Positions 1 through 10,551 of a DNA stretch of 64,000 bases are shown piece after piece. A program made the translations under genes and the position numbers. The DNA lies in IMG/VR virus record IMGVR_UViG_3300021440_000013, positions 152,877 through 216,876 of that record, one strand, 5' to 3'. The notes beneath the pieces are model-generated. The model ran no database searches and was not told the DNA's origin. It saw only the letters and a program-made list of their open reading frames with translations. Numbering within the stretch: the first letter of the stretch is position 1; every line of letters begins with the position of its first letter.

Positions 1-665
1 AGCTCAAGCATACCCGTGGTTTTGTTCACCTCACTGACGATCTGAGTATAGTTCAGTTGACTGCGTAGCTGCACCAGTTTTTCAGTCAGTGCAAAGACAC
101 GCTCCATGTCACCAAAACGCTCAATGACTTGACCCACTGGGCGACGTGAGAGAGAAGGGTTGCGTTCATCGAAAAACTTAGCCACATCTTTACGCCAGTC
201 TTCCCGGTCTTTGCGGATCTTCTTATAAAAGTCAGCGTGAGACTTCATCGATTGGCGAATATCGGCATTCGAGAGAAACATTGAAAGCTCAAGGTTATAG
301 TTATCAAGGATGCTTTTTCCATCCTTGATTTCTTTTTCAGTGTGCTGCACCAAGAGCATCAGGTAGTTAATAAGTTTACCATTAAAGCCTTCCGGAACCT
401 GTACAAGCGTTGCGTCGTAGGCAAGGTAATTGAAATCTTTGCTTTTATGCAAAACATCTTTAAACAAAGCTGAGGAGAGCTGGCTCTCAGCACCTTTTTC
501 AGACAACTGAGTCAGGTTCGGCAAGAACGAGGAGATCACCTTGACGCTCTTGGGTACAATGCGTTTAAAAAGTCCAAGGACATCCGCCCCCACAGCCGAC
601 TCAACCACCATACGGTTCATAAGTGAGTCAAAACTCACATCGTCAACAGATTCTTGAATAAGCAT
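1..665 (-). CDS. partial virion structural/head protein (runs off window start; phiKZ gp153-like position)
   Basis: Read manually from ATG at 665: MLIQESVDDVSFDSLMNRMVVESAVGADVLGLFKRIVPK...VPEGFNGKLINYL, open as far as translated; divergent from the recombinase gene. Confidence 0.5.
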   Translation of the reverse strand, partial: MLIQESVDDVSFDSLMNRMVVESAVGADVLGLFKRIVPKSVKVISSFLPNLTQLSEKGAESQLSSALFKDVLHKSKDFNYLAYDATLVQVPEGFNGKLINYLMLLVQHTEKEIKDGKSILDNYNLELSMFLSNADIRQSMKSHADFYKKIRKDREDWRKDVAKFFDERNPSLSRRPVGQVIERFGDMERVFALTEKLVQLRSQLNYTQIVSEVNKTTGMLE

Positions 666-816
666 AGCGTTTCCTTCATTAACTAAAACAGGGAGAGAGT
701 CATTTTCGATCACAGGTTAGTAAAAACATCAACAGCGCTGTCATACTATGTCGAAGGCTTCGTGTTTATAAGTCTCAAATTTTAGCTGTATCTGACCTCT
801 TTGGAGATCCTTCAAT

Positions 817-2277
817 ATGCGTCCTCAGTTCCGTCTTCCGCCCCCTGTGATGATGTCAATTAATACGGGTGCGCTTCTCGATATCCCAACAGGCAAGTTT
901 ATCAAAGGCACGCATGACCAGCGTGTGCTTTTAGCGGGCATTGGAAACATTACGGGTTTGGTTGGTCCGGGCAACTGCTTTAAGACGACGGTCATGCGGT
1001 ATATGATCCTCTCGGCGCTGGCTAAACTCTACGGGACCGTGCCTGAGATCTTTTATAACTCCTACGACACTGAAGTTAATACCCAAGAAGAACGCGCCCG
1101 TCACCTCTCACACCAGATCCCAGGCTTTGAGAATATCAACCTTCATGACGAAGGGATCTGGCAGATGACTAACCGCGCTGTTTACTCTGGGAATGAATGG
1201 TTTACGGAACTTAAAAAATATCTCTCTGAAAAGGCTTCTGATAAAAAGGCAGCACGCTTTGAGACCGCTTATCTTGATAGAGATGGTGTCTCACCCTTAA
1301 AGGTGATGACACCCTCCTTCACTGACATCGACTCATTGACGCACTTCATGACCTCTGATGTTGAGAAGATCTTGGATACCGTAGAACTGGGGGATTCTGC
1401 GGGCAACACGATGTATATGCGCCAAGGTCTTGCCAAAGCAAAGCTCCTGATGGAGATGCCTTCGGTTGCCGCATCGTCTCTGAATTACTTTTTGTTTACG
1501 GCACACATCGGCAAAGAGATTTCGATGCCCTCGGCGCCCGGCACACCGCCTCCGCGTAAACAACTTCAACACATGACGGGTGGTGAAGTGATCAAGGGCG
1601 TCACCAATAACTTCTTTTACCTGCTTCACAACTGCTGGTTGATCAATAGCGCACGTCCGTACACTAACCAAACTACCAAAGCGCCCGAGTACCCCCGCTC
1701 ACAGGGCGATGAGCGCGCAGGCGATCTTGATCTCTTTATTGTCACGATGCGGCAACTTCGTGGTAAGAACGGTACCAGTGGGTTTAACATCGAACTGCTC
1801 GTCTCTCAAGCGGATGGTGTGCTCGCTTCGCTCTCTGAATTCCATTATGTGAAGAAGTCCAACCGCTTTGGCTTAGAAGGCAATGACCGCAGTTATTCGT
1901 TGGCACTCTACCCTGAAGTGGCGATGAGTCGAACAACGGTTCGGCAAAAGCTTCGTGAGGACAAGAAGCTTGCGCGGGCCATGGAGATCACCAGCCAGCT
2001 TTGTCAGATGTATGAATATCAGCGTGATCTTCTGGATACGCTGATGGAACCTGAAGCGCTGCGTAAAGCACTCGAAGCGAAAGGTTACGACTGGGATTGG
2101 CTTTTCGAGAATACCCGAAGCTGGCATACACTTAACGACGAAGTCCATCCGCTTTACCCGCTCTCAACGCTTGATCTGTGCCGCATTGCCCGTGGTGAGT
2201 ACCACCCATATTGGTTATGTGTTGATAACAAAACCGTTAAACCCGAATACGCTAAGAAAAAACGTCAACTCACGTAA
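817..2277 (+). CDS. uvsX: RecA/UvsX-like recombinase (phiKZ gp152-like)
   Basis: INTGALLDIPTG N-terminus, Walker A GPGNCFKTT, YDTE, Walker B-like DIDSLT; 486 aa. Confidence 0.8.
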   Translation: MRPQFRLPPPVMMSINTGALLDIPTGKFIKGTHDQRVLLAGIGNITGLVGPGNCFKTTVMRYMILSALAKLYGTVPEIFYNSYDTEVNTQEERARHLSHQIPGFENINLHDEGIWQMTNRAVYSGNEWFTELKKYLSEKASDKKAARFETAYLDRDGVSPLKVMTPSFTDIDSLTHFMTSDVEKILDTVELGDSAGNTMYMRQGLAKAKLLMEMPSVAASSLNYFLFTAHIGKEISMPSAPGTPPPRKQLQHMTGGEVIKGVTNNFFYLLHNCWLINSARPYTNQTTKAPEYPRSQGDERAGDLDLFIVTMRQLRGKNGTSGFNIELLVSQADGVLASLSEFHYVKKSNRFGLEGNDRSYSLALYPEVAMSRTTVRQKLREDKKLARAMEITSQLCQMYEYQRDLLDTLMEPEALRKALEAKGYDWDWLFENTRSWHTLNDEVHPLYPLSTLDLCRIARGEYHPYWLCVDNKTVKPEYAKKKRQLT

Positions 2278-2288
2278 GGACATCAGTC

Positions 2289-2681
2289 ATGGAACCGAAC
2301 ATTCAGCAGGACGAAGCGTCCGAAAAGATCGTCGAACTCTTTAAAGGTCCGATGCGCTTTTATAACACGGATCGACAAAGTGACGAACTCGATCTCGTTA
2401 AAGAGGTGCGTCAACGTCTTCTTTCCCTGGGCCTTGAAGATAAGCTCCAAGAAGGTTTTGATACCAACCGCTTCATTTTGGAAGCGGTCGATAAAAACTC
2501 CCATGTGCAGCAGTTTTTGTTAAACCGCTACCTCACCATTCAGTTTATGGCCTCTCAGGAAGACACTGCCGTTGAACGCTATGCGCTCATGAACGAAGTC
2601 AATCCCAGTGACTGGCTTACCGTTTTTGAACAACGTATCCTGCCGGCAGTGGTTAATCTTGATTTGCCAGTTAAGATCTGA
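2289..2681 (+). CDS. hypothetical phage protein
   Basis: 130 aa ORF, AAGGA SD, in operon. Confidence 0.7.
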   Translation: MEPNIQQDEASEKIVELFKGPMRFYNTDRQSDELDLVKEVRQRLLSLGLEDKLQEGFDTNRFILEAVDKNSHVQQFLLNRYLTIQFMASQEDTAVERYALMNEVNPSDWLTVFEQRILPAVVNLDLPVKI

Positions 2682-2689
2682 GAGACGCC

Positions 2690-3358
2690 ATGCCTAAAAA
2701 CCGTCAGAAGGCCGAAGCCTTCATCCTTAAGTGCTTAGAAGAAATCCTTCCCGGAAACAGTGACGTCGAGAATTACAAAAACTACTTTGCATCTTTGTCC
2801 GATAAGGCGTTTGACGCCTACATGGAAGGGCTTAAAAGTGGTGAAAAGTTCTTGACACTCACAGCGCCTAACTTTGGTAAGACCAATCTTTCTCTGGAGA
2901 GAAACTTTGCCATCGCCGATAAACTAGGCCACAACTTCTTTCAACGCCTCTGGATTAAAGGTGAGGGTGAGGTGCCCACACACCTCACCCCGATCCCTTA
3001 TTTGGTTGTACTGATGCCCTTTCGGGTGGCCTCACAAAGACTGGATAAGAAAAAATCGATCCCTAAGACTTCGCGTGTCATTAACGCCTTGACAGGTCAG
3101 GCAACCGGTGAATCCAAGGGCGCCAGTATCTCATACCCAGAAATCCGTGTATGTGCCGCTATGGGTTTAGAGTCAACCATGGTCGAGCTCATGAAGTATC
3201 GCGGCGGGGACGTACGAGGTAACGCAGCTTTTAACGCGTCGCTCATGCGTTCAGGTCGGGCCAACATGGACACCCTCAAACATTTTGCCAGTGGTGTCGA
3301 ATCCACCTCGAGGCTCAAAACCTTTCTGACTGCGTGCCATTTATCCAACACCCTTTAA
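2690..3358 (+). CDS. virion RNA polymerase beta C-terminal subunit (phiKZ gp149-like)
   Basis: LTGQATGESKGASISYPE corresponds to the beta TQQPxxGKAxxGGQRxGEME region; ELMKYRGGD; size and position match. Confidence 0.8.
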   Translation: MPKNRQKAEAFILKCLEEILPGNSDVENYKNYFASLSDKAFDAYMEGLKSGEKFLTLTAPNFGKTNLSLERNFAIADKLGHNFFQRLWIKGEGEVPTHLTPIPYLVVLMPFRVASQRLDKKKSIPKTSRVINALTGQATGESKGASISYPEIRVCAAMGLESTMVELMKYRGGDVRGNAAFNASLMRSGRANMDTLKHFASGVESTSRLKTFLTACHLSNTL

Positions 3359-4093
3359 ATGACCATGGCTGAATTTGAAACCGCCACGCTTTATGTCGAA
3401 CTGGATGCGCTTTTTGATACGCGTATGGTTGTCTTAAAGAGCTTTGGTTTAGACGCGATCGAAACGCATGTACCCCGTGGCTACTACACCCGCGTGATCG
3501 ATAGCTTTGGGGACATCACGCTCGAAGCCTTTGAAGAACGCTACGCTAAACGAAACATCAACACCCTGCGTGAGGCGCTCATCACACCGGTGGCGGGCCA
3601 TATCTACGACTTTGCCAGAAGGACGTTGATCGCGTTGGTGTCGTCTCCATTTAGACGACAACCTAAAGTCTTCGTTAACACCTACCCCTACCAGCTTGAC
3701 GAAGTCTCAGCAGCCTCTATTGTTGAGGGGTTAAAGATCGTGACGAAAAACACGATCGACATCGAAGTCGCGTATCTGCCACTTGAAAAGATCACTCCGC
3801 AGTATGTGAAGGACAACTACATCCAGATGGTGATGTATTCATACTGGGAGTGGTTAGAGACCCATGCCAAAAACAAAAACTGGGAGACCACACGCTGTCC
3901 AGAGATAACCCTCATTGGTCCCCGCGTGATAAGGTCAATGAGTGCGCTTCGAGACGCTAAGGTGCGCGATGTCTTTGGTGTGGTTGAAACATACAGCCGT
4001 GTATTTGTTAAACTTCAGTTGTACCCGGTTAACTTTTTCAGTGCGGATGTCACACGCATCAAGGAGCGTTTAAAAGAAAAAAGTGCTACGTAG
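3359..4093 (+). CDS. conserved jumbo-phage hypothetical protein
   Basis: 244 aa, abuts the previous gene; N-terminal LYVELDALFDTR. Confidence 0.65.
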   Translation: MTMAEFETATLYVELDALFDTRMVVLKSFGLDAIETHVPRGYYTRVIDSFGDITLEAFEERYAKRNINTLREALITPVAGHIYDFARRTLIALVSSPFRRQPKVFVNTYPYQLDEVSAASIVEGLKIVTKNTIDIEVAYLPLEKITPQYVKDNYIQMVMYSYWEWLETHAKNKNWETTRCPEITLIGPRVIRSMSALRDAKVRDVFGVVETYSRVFVKLQLYPVNFFSADVTRIKERLKEKSAT

Positions 4094-4145
4094 ATCAATG
4101 ATGACGACTGAGCCTTTGAGAGCTCAGTCGTCATCAGGTCGTTAT

Positions 4146-4559
4146 TCACGTTTGAGTAATATCCTCGATCGTCAAGGGAAGCATCCCCACGTCCATCTCA
4201 CCCGGCACCACATTGCTCGGCTTAATCGAACCAGGAAGCTGGCGCTTATCACTTGCAACAGGAACATGTTCCGCAGGGCGATAAGAAGCCAGCGCTTTAC
4301 CGACCAGGGTGGTAAGGTTGGTGAGGCCCTGTTCGGTCTTAGAGGCGACCTTGATCTTAGCGCGCGTGAGCACTTCGCCGTCGAGATCTTTCATTAACGC
4401 CAGCGCTAACTTTTGATCCTCATTAGTAACGGGGGGTTTTCCGTCCTTGATAAGGCTGGTGAGCATCATGGTTCGGATTCGGCGATTGTTTAAAAGGATG
4501 CTGGTGTCTTCACTATTAAAGACAGTGTCCTCTTCAGCATTTAAGTTGGCGTGTCCCAT
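4146..4559 (-). CDS. hypothetical phage protein
   Basis: 137 aa, AGGA SD upstream, fills the gap between + genes. Confidence 0.65.
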   Translation of the reverse strand: MGHANLNAEEDTVFNSEDTSILLNNRRIRTMMLTSLIKDGKPPVTNEDQKLALALMKDLDGEVLTRAKIKVASKTEQGLTNLTTLVGKALASYRPAEHVPVASDKRQLPGSIKPSNVVPGEMDVGMLPLTIEDITQT

Positions 4560-4592
4560 TTCCTATAGTCCTGTTTTAATGTTAGTCTTAAC

Positions 4593-4610
4593 CACATATA
4601 TCTAACATGA
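4593..4610 (+). promoter_or_regulatory. putative phage promoter motif (CACATATATCT)
   Basis: Member of a recurring AT-rich motif found upstream of + strand accessory genes. Confidence 0.45.
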
Positions 4611-4638
4611 GCCCTTATCTATAAGGAGAATAAAAAGC

Positions 4639-5100
4639 ATGTTTAAAGGACTCTTCGCACGACTTTTCTCTAAGGAGCCCGAGCTCAGTCCGATCGAAGA
4701 AAGTGTTGAACGCTTTAAAAAGTATTACCATCTTGAGCGTTCGATCTATCGAGATATCCGTGAAATCCAAGTCCTCTATCCCAGTATTACGGACTACATC
4801 AAGGAGTTAGAAAAGCTCATCTACGCATTCATTGAGCATAAACACTACACCGGACAGATCGGTGAAATCACCCTCATTAGACGCAGAAACTTTTACACTG
4901 ACCAGAAAGGCTTCTTTGTTTCACCGCAGGATTACCACCGACGCTTTATCGATCTTGCGATTGAGGTTTTAACGTACTACCATGCTGCCGAGAGCAGCGA
5001 GCATCAAGATGGACTCACGCAGTCCAATCTTTACCGTGCACTACCACTGATCAATAACCTGATCGTGCTCAGCCAGACACTTGAGGTCTTAGAAGCCTAA
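4639..5100 (+). CDS. hypothetical phage protein
   Basis: 153 aa, AAGGAG SD. Confidence 0.7.
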   Translation: MFKGLFARLFSKEPELSPIEESVERFKKYYHLERSIYRDIREIQVLYPSITDYIKELEKLIYAFIEHKHYTGQIGEITLIRRRNFYTDQKGFFVSPQDYHRRFIDLAIEVLTYYHAAESSEHQDGLTQSNLYRALPLINNLIVLSQTLEVLEA

Positions 5101-5150
5101 TAGACCGTCCCCACTACCCCTCAAAGATCGACGCGAGGAGGATATACACC

Positions 5151-5846
5151 GTGCAACATCGCAAACATCGACTCATACCGTATGGGCAGCGAATCAAATC
5201 AGGTCCCGTAGGCAGTGTTTTATGCAATCTCTTTAGGGGACTTCTTGCAAGCGCAGGTGTCGATCAAGACAGCTATTCGCGTCTTGTCGAGCGTTCTGCC
5301 CAGCGTCCTATGAAGGGTGAGAGTCCCTCGAGTATCGTTGGGCTGGGAAAAGAACTGATGAGAGAGAGTATCACTTGGAAGACCTTTTTAAGAGGTCTGG
5401 AGTTCGTTAAGATTAAGAAGTTCGAATTCATTATCGCGCTTTACCTCGAAGATGGACGTGAACTTCACTTTGCTGAAGCCTATATGCTCAACCAGATCAC
5501 TTCACAGGGCGTGATCTTGTCCAATATCTTTAAAGCCTTAATTGGTTCAGGGGTGATGGATATTACCAAACACAGTGATCTGATGGCGCGCTATTTAGGG
5601 AACGCGTGTGCCAACATGGATCGCACGAAGCGCTCAGCAGCTAGAGCAAGTCTCACCAAAGAACTTTTCAAACCCACGATGACGTGGAAGAGTTTTGTAA
5701 AGGGGATGGTTTATCTTTCCGCCGTGCGTGTTGAGATTACCTTAAAAGCCTACCCGCTCTTTGGTCGTCAAGCAGAAGTGCTTGGTGCTAGAGAGGTGAT
5801 TAACCTGTCTGACTTTAAGGACGATATCGATGAAGCCTCAGAATAA
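5151..5846 (+). CDS. hypothetical protein with two tandem copies of one domain
   Basis: KELMRESITWKTFLRGL and KELFKPTMTWKSFVKGM; GAGGAGG SD. Confidence 0.7.
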   Translation: MQHRKHRLIPYGQRIKSGPVGSVLCNLFRGLLASAGVDQDSYSRLVERSAQRPMKGESPSSIVGLGKELMRESITWKTFLRGLEFVKIKKFEFIIALYLEDGRELHFAEAYMLNQITSQGVILSNIFKALIGSGVMDITKHSDLMARYLGNACANMDRTKRSAARASLTKELFKPTMTWKSFVKGMVYLSAVRVEITLKAYPLFGRQAEVLGAREVINLSDFKDDIDEASE

Positions 5847-6312
5847 GGCGCTGCCTGCTGTGATCTACTCGGCTTTTATGGCCGAGTACGATACACTTTC
5901 AGATGAAAACAAAACACTCATTAAAAACTGGCTTACTGAGCTTAAGCTGGTAGGCATCTCGAACTATTTTACCAATGAGTGTCAGGCGATCTTGGTTAAG
6001 CAAATCGCCGAGAACCAGCTCCTCAGGACCTTTTTGTTAAACCACACCGAACGGGTGCACGTGCTCAGTCTTTTTGCTGAGGAGGTTGACCAAGACTGGT
6101 TTAACCAAGTTATGGAGACGGTCACTAAGTTCCGTCTCCAACTTTCACTAAACTGCGTTTTGCCTGAAGCCGCCTCAGAGAGTCTTTACATACCCACGAG
6201 CGAGCTGAGGACGTTGATTAACAATAATCCATGGATCCTGGATCTCTACCTCATGCTCATCACGGATGGGGTCTTCGATCACATGGAAGAAGTTCAAAAC
6301 AAATCCGCTTAA
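5830..6312 (+). CDS. hypothetical phage protein
   Basis: 160 aa, overlaps the previous gene end. Confidence 0.65.
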   Translation: MKPQNKALPAVIYSAFMAEYDTLSDENKTLIKNWLTELKLVGISNYFTNECQAILVKQIAENQLLRTFLLNHTERVHVLSLFAEEVDQDWFNQVMETVTKFRLQLSLNCVLPEAASESLYIPTSELRTLINNNPWILDLYLMLITDGVFDHMEEVQNKSA

Positions 6313-6327
6313 TACGACGAGATAGAC

Positions 6328-7149
6328 ATGGAAAAAAAGAACCTGCGTGATCAACTGACCGAGATCAAAGCCCATACGTACCGTTTTCCAGCCAATCCCA
6401 ATATGCGTAAAGAAGAAGGGGTTGATCACATCAACCTCTACTGGAACAGTCAGCATGAGCTGGGCCGCTTTCTCTCTCTTTCGGAACAAGGTTATTTTAG
6501 CACCCCGGTGCTCGGTAGCTTTAAATCGCTCTCAACAGTCATCCAGTTCTTAGGTGCCGAGAAACGCGACGACAGAATTCGTCGCCTTGGGGGCAATCAG
6601 CTTCGCAACTATGTGAAACATCACTGCGGTGGTTTTAATCGTGCTCGTATTCCGAATGGGCGTGCGGTACTGATGCATACGGCGTATCTGCGTCTCATTC
6701 AGAATAAAAAGATGTTTAAGCTTTTCAAAGAATGCGAGCTGGCTTTCGATAGCTACCATGTCATTGAGAGCGGTCTTCGTATCCGAGAAGACGATGCGGT
6801 GTGGCTCTCCAAGGGCTATGAAGAAATCCGTCAGGCGGTTAAAGAAAACCGAGAGCCCGACTTTCAGTTTCTCTTCGACAAAGGTGAGCGTTCGGTTTAT
6901 GAGAGCGTGGTTAAGCTACTCTCCGAGGGTAAGACCGAGGTTCGTATTCCTGATCTGGCGGAGTTCATCGCCACCTATCGTCCGCTTGAGATCGGCACGA
7001 CGGCGTTTGATCCATCCATGGTGGGTAATATCGACATGCTCGAAGAACCTAATAATGTGGAGACTTCTCCCACCTCTTTCTCCCCCGATCGTGAAGAGGG
7101 TGTGTTAGCTAACACACCCGTGGGTGATACGCTCCAGCCTCTGGCATGA
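6328..7149 (+). CDS. conserved large-phage protein of unknown function
   Basis: EGVDHINLYWNSQHELGRFLS resembles an N-terminal motif common in large myophages. Confidence 0.6.
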   Translation: MEKKNLRDQLTEIKAHTYRFPANPNMRKEEGVDHINLYWNSQHELGRFLSLSEQGYFSTPVLGSFKSLSTVIQFLGAEKRDDRIRRLGGNQLRNYVKHHCGGFNRARIPNGRAVLMHTAYLRLIQNKKMFKLFKECELAFDSYHVIESGLRIREDDAVWLSKGYEEIRQAVKENREPDFQFLFDKGERSVYESVVKLLSEGKTEVRIPDLAEFIATYRPLEIGTTAFDPSMVGNIDMLEEPNNVETSPTSFSPDREEGVLANTPVGDTLQPLA

Positions 7150-7186
7150 GTTTTCTCCTTGTGGTTAGTTAGGGTAATGCTGCGTT

Positions 7187-7222
7187 TAGCTAGGGGGTTA
7201 CGGCCCCCTAGCTATCTTTTTT
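7187..7222 (+). terminator. intrinsic terminator-like hairpin
   Basis: TAGCTAGGGGG-TTACGG-CCCCCTAGCTA followed by a T-tract. Confidence 0.7.
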
Positions 7223-7273
7223 GTTTGTTGTTTAAAAATAAGGTGACAAGACTTTATACGGAGTTTATGCGCC

Positions 7274-8311
7274 ATGGCAACCGCTACGAAACGTTTTACC
7301 TCATACGACCGCGAAACCAACGTCTCAACCGCTGCGTTTGACTCCACGGTCGATGGTTCGATTTTCAATAGTCCTGAGAATGCGCTTAAAACTGCAAACA
7401 AAAACCTCGAGGATCTCATCGCCTCATCGATGAGTGAGATCGAAGATCAGAAGGCGGCCATGGAAGCGGCCTTCTCTGATGAAATCCGCAGCGTTAAGGA
7501 TATCACCTCTCAGGTTTCTGATCTCAGTAAGTTACCCAAAGCGAAGCTCGATGAGTTCTTGGGGGGTTTAGCAGGAGGGAATGCTTTCTTGCAAAAATCC
7601 CTCAATGGACTTTTGCAAAAGTGTTCAACTAAAGGACTTAGCGCCGGACTTCCGGGCAAACCTTTTGATACGTCGATCAACTGTGGATCTGGGAAACTGG
7701 GTCTTGGCGCAACGGGTGGAACAAAAAGCTGTAACGCTGGCTCCTATAGCGATGTCCTAAATAAGCTCACCGGGGGTGAATATGTCTCGGGCTATAAGGA
7801 CATCAATAGTGCGCTTCGGAATCTGATGTCTTTATCGGGCCTTGGCTACGATTTAGGCATGTGTGGTGTCTTTGGTGCTCTGGCAGGCAATCTACCGACT
7901 GACGCCCTTTCTAGGGCCTCTGCGGGGCTTTTAAGCTCACTGGGCGCAGCAGGAAACCTAAACGGCTTTCTTGACGTTGCAAAAAGCTCAGTGGGGCTCT
8001 CACCCCTGCTCGTTAACCCCGGTGTCCTGACGGGTTTCGTAGATAACTTTACCCTACCGGGTAATGTGGGCGCAAATAAGTTTCTAGAAACAGCGGAGCG
8101 CTCCTTAGGCGGTATGGAACTTCTCAACGAGTCATGGTTTAACAACCCAGAGAGTGGGGCACTCTCATGGGGCGTGATGAACGAGAAGTCCGAAGACCTC
8201 TACAGCTGTTTCGATACAAAACTCACCGACAACAGTTTCTCGGAAGCGGATCTGGATATCGTCTTGGGTGACGATATGGATTTCATGATGGGGAGTTATT
8301 TGATGGCGTAA
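7274..8311 (+). CDS. putative virion structural protein
   Basis: 345 aa, G/A/S-rich, next to tail genes. Confidence 0.5.
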   Translation: MATATKRFTSYDRETNVSTAAFDSTVDGSIFNSPENALKTANKNLEDLIASSMSEIEDQKAAMEAAFSDEIRSVKDITSQVSDLSKLPKAKLDEFLGGLAGGNAFLQKSLNGLLQKCSTKGLSAGLPGKPFDTSINCGSGKLGLGATGGTKSCNAGSYSDVLNKLTGGEYVSGYKDINSALRNLMSLSGLGYDLGMCGVFGALAGNLPTDALSRASAGLLSSLGAAGNLNGFLDVAKSSVGLSPLLVNPGVLTGFVDNFTLPGNVGANKFLETAERSLGGMELLNESWFNNPESGALSWGVMNEKSEDLYSCFDTKLTDNSFSEADLDIVLGDDMDFMMGSYLMA

Positions 8312-8315
8312 AAGA

Positions 8316-8347
8316 CCAAGAGGAGGGCCGTAAAGCCCTCCTCTTGG
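8316..8347. terminator. bidirectional hairpin between convergent genes
   Basis: CCAAGAGGAGGGC-CGTAAA-GCCCTCCTCTTGG. Confidence 0.7.
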
Positions 8348-8349
8348 AT

Positions 8350-10491
8350 TTATTGGCGTGTTCCGTCGATAACAGACGCACCTTTAACCAACGTGTTTGC
8401 AGCACCATAAAGCGCGCCTGACAAACCAAATGTCAGGTCGTTAATAAAGCCGTCAGTAACGGCGTTTTTAAAGACCGCTGTGTGGTACGCAGGACTGGTG
8501 CTAAATTGTTTAAACTTCAGAATCTGTTTAGTCATCCGAAGCTGTGCCATCGGCAGCGGGTAGATTTGACTATAGATATCCATGCCAGCCAATACGTTTA
8601 AATAATCGGCTGCGATGTTATCGTCGTCCATCGTCATGTCTTTACTGAACATCCCACTGATCCCGCCGCTTGACATGGGCATGTGCATGATGGTTGAAAG
8701 ATCCACGATGTTAATACTCACATCCAGCGCCAGTGCTTGACCTTGCGTATCGAACGCAAGGTTAGACGTTCCGCGTGTAATGCTGATGGATTCAATCATT
8801 GCAAGCTTTGACTGAAGACGACCACGGTCAAAGATCTGGCAATAGAACGGTGACGTATAGGATTGCTTGCCGGTTGATCGAGGGATCGATCCCGCTAAAA
8901 GCATGTAAAAAGGAATCCAGATATTAATCAACCGAGAGACAGGGTTGTTGTAAGGGCTGATCAACTGAATTTTGTAGCTCGCTCTTGGAAGCGACGCCGA
9001 AGAGCTTTGCCAGTGCTTAGGGATGTCCATATAGCCGGAGCCACCCAGACCTGCCACAAGGCCCGAAAAGCCCAGCGTCACCCCATCGATGGCACCCGTG
9101 ACAAGGTTGGCTGCCGCGCCGACCATGTTTTGAATTGTCTCACCAAGCACATTGCCATCGGCAAGACTAAAGCGCGCTTCTTTAAACTGCGAAGAGATCC
9201 CGTTCAGTTTCTGAGAGATTTCAGATTCACCCACAGTGTTACCGAAGGACTCACTCATCGAGCCCGTGTGATCGACCCGAAACACAGCAAACTGAGAGCC
9301 GTCACGAAATTCCGCGTCAGCGTATTTCTTAAGGCTGTCCATGTAACTGCCTTCGGTTTTTTGTACACCGGGTTTCTCGGAAGTCAAATCGACACGAGGA
9401 TCGAGCTCTTGTTTAACTTCGTCAGACTCTTTTCTAAAGTAATCTCCTACCGTCATCATTTCGTTTAAAAACGCCATGAGGGTTGGTTCGCCTCGATTGT
9501 CACTGACCCAGCTTGTGTGGGTGCCTTCGCCCGTGTTGTCACGGCGCAGATAGCCCTCGAAGTCCGTTGCGGTCCCGTTGTTTAAGTGGGAGAAATCACT
9601 CATAAAGAGTTCGTTGGCCATGCGTTGGGCTCTGTTAGCCAACGCATACACATCGAAATAACTGGCGCCTCGGAAGATATCCGGCATCAAGGCTGAGATC
9701 TCTTCTAACTGATCTTTATCGATCTGATAGGGTTGACCCAGTCTTTGTTGATCTTCGCTTGAGAGAAACTTCTTAAAGACCCCCGTGTTTACCGCGTGGT
9801 TATTAACCAGTAGGTTCACCATTGACCAGTACATGTGCATCGCGGGTTTAAGCGTAAAGAATTTGCTGCTCTCACGCCCCATGAGCCATCCGATCGCTTT
9901 GCCGATCGCCACACCAACCGTGACGACCGGGAACGCTACCAGCGCCAGAACACTGCCCGCGATCTTACCGGCCGTGAACCATGCGTCGGGTGCTCGGCCC
10001 GTTCTAGCCATGATGATCTGTTCGTGATCAAAGGCTTTAAATAAAAAAGAAAGCAGCGAGTTAAACTTAGGGACACCAAAGCGTAAAAAGATGCGCTGAG
10101 AAGGATCGTCGATTCCTTCACTATAGGCCCGACCCATCCCATAGTTGCCTGAAACGTTTGTGAGTGAAACGGCATTTCTGGCTTCACGCATATTGTTACC
10201 CACGCGACGTCCGGGCACACGGATGTCGCTGTAGCGTGTCCATTGAGGGCGTGGGTTGATTCCGATATTGCACCCTAGGCGACCATCGGTGAATTTAGAA
10301 GAAGCACTCGACCAATAGCGGTTCTTAATATCGCTACTGATGCCGAGCTCGCCATCTGGAACCATGAACGCAACTTTCAACCAGCTTTTATCGAGCGGTT
10401 CATTGTCATCGGTGGTGTGATCCGTTGGGGCGATGGGTCGTCCGTTATACTCCATGTAGCTGGGGTCGATCTTTGTGGTGAGGCTTGCCAT
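8350..10491 (-). CDS. tail tip/baseplate protein (phiKZ gp182-like)
   Basis: ~713 aa from ATG 10491 (GGAG SD); directly downstream of the gp181-like gene; FGVPKFNSL, IPKHWQSSS, SITRGTSN. Confidence 0.6.
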   Translation of the reverse strand: MASLTTKIDPSYMEYNGRPIAPTDHTTDDNEPLDKSWLKVAFMVPDGELGISSDIKNRYWSSASSKFTDGRLGCNIGINPRPQWTRYSDIRVPGRRVGNNMREARNAVSLTNVSGNYGMGRAYSEGIDDPSQRIFLRFGVPKFNSLLSFLFKAFDHEQIIMARTGRAPDAWFTAGKIAGSVLALVAFPVVTVGVAIGKAIGWLMGRESSKFFTLKPAMHMYWSMVNLLVNNHAVNTGVFKKFLSSEDQQRLGQPYQIDKDQLEEISALMPDIFRGASYFDVYALANRAQRMANELFMSDFSHLNNGTATDFEGYLRRDNTGEGTHTSWVSDNRGEPTLMAFLNEMMTVGDYFRKESDEVKQELDPRVDLTSEKPGVQKTEGSYMDSLKKYADAEFRDGSQFAVFRVDHTGSMSESFGNTVGESEISQKLNGISSQFKEARFSLADGNVLGETIQNMVGAAANLVTGAIDGVTLGFSGLVAGLGGSGYMDIPKHWQSSSASLPRASYKIQLISPYNNPVSRLINIWIPFYMLLAGSIPRSTGKQSYTSPFYCQIFDRGRLQSKLAMIESISITRGTSNLAFDTQGQALALDVSINIVDLSTIMHMPMSSGGISGMFSKDMTMDDDNIAADYLNVLAGMDIYSQIYPLPMAQLRMTKQILKFKQFSTSPAYHTAVFKNAVTDGFINDLTFGLSGALYGAANTLVKGASVIDGTRQ

Positions 10492-10513
10492 TCTTTTCTC
10501 CAATCATTAAAAC

Positions 10514-10544
10514 CGTGAGGAGGGGTCTAAAACCCCTCCTCACG
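10514..10544. terminator. intergenic hairpin, GAGGG family
   Basis: CGTGAGGAGGGGT-CTAAA-ACCCCTCCTCACG, no long T-tract. Confidence 0.55.
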
Positions 10545-10551
10545 TGCTCGT

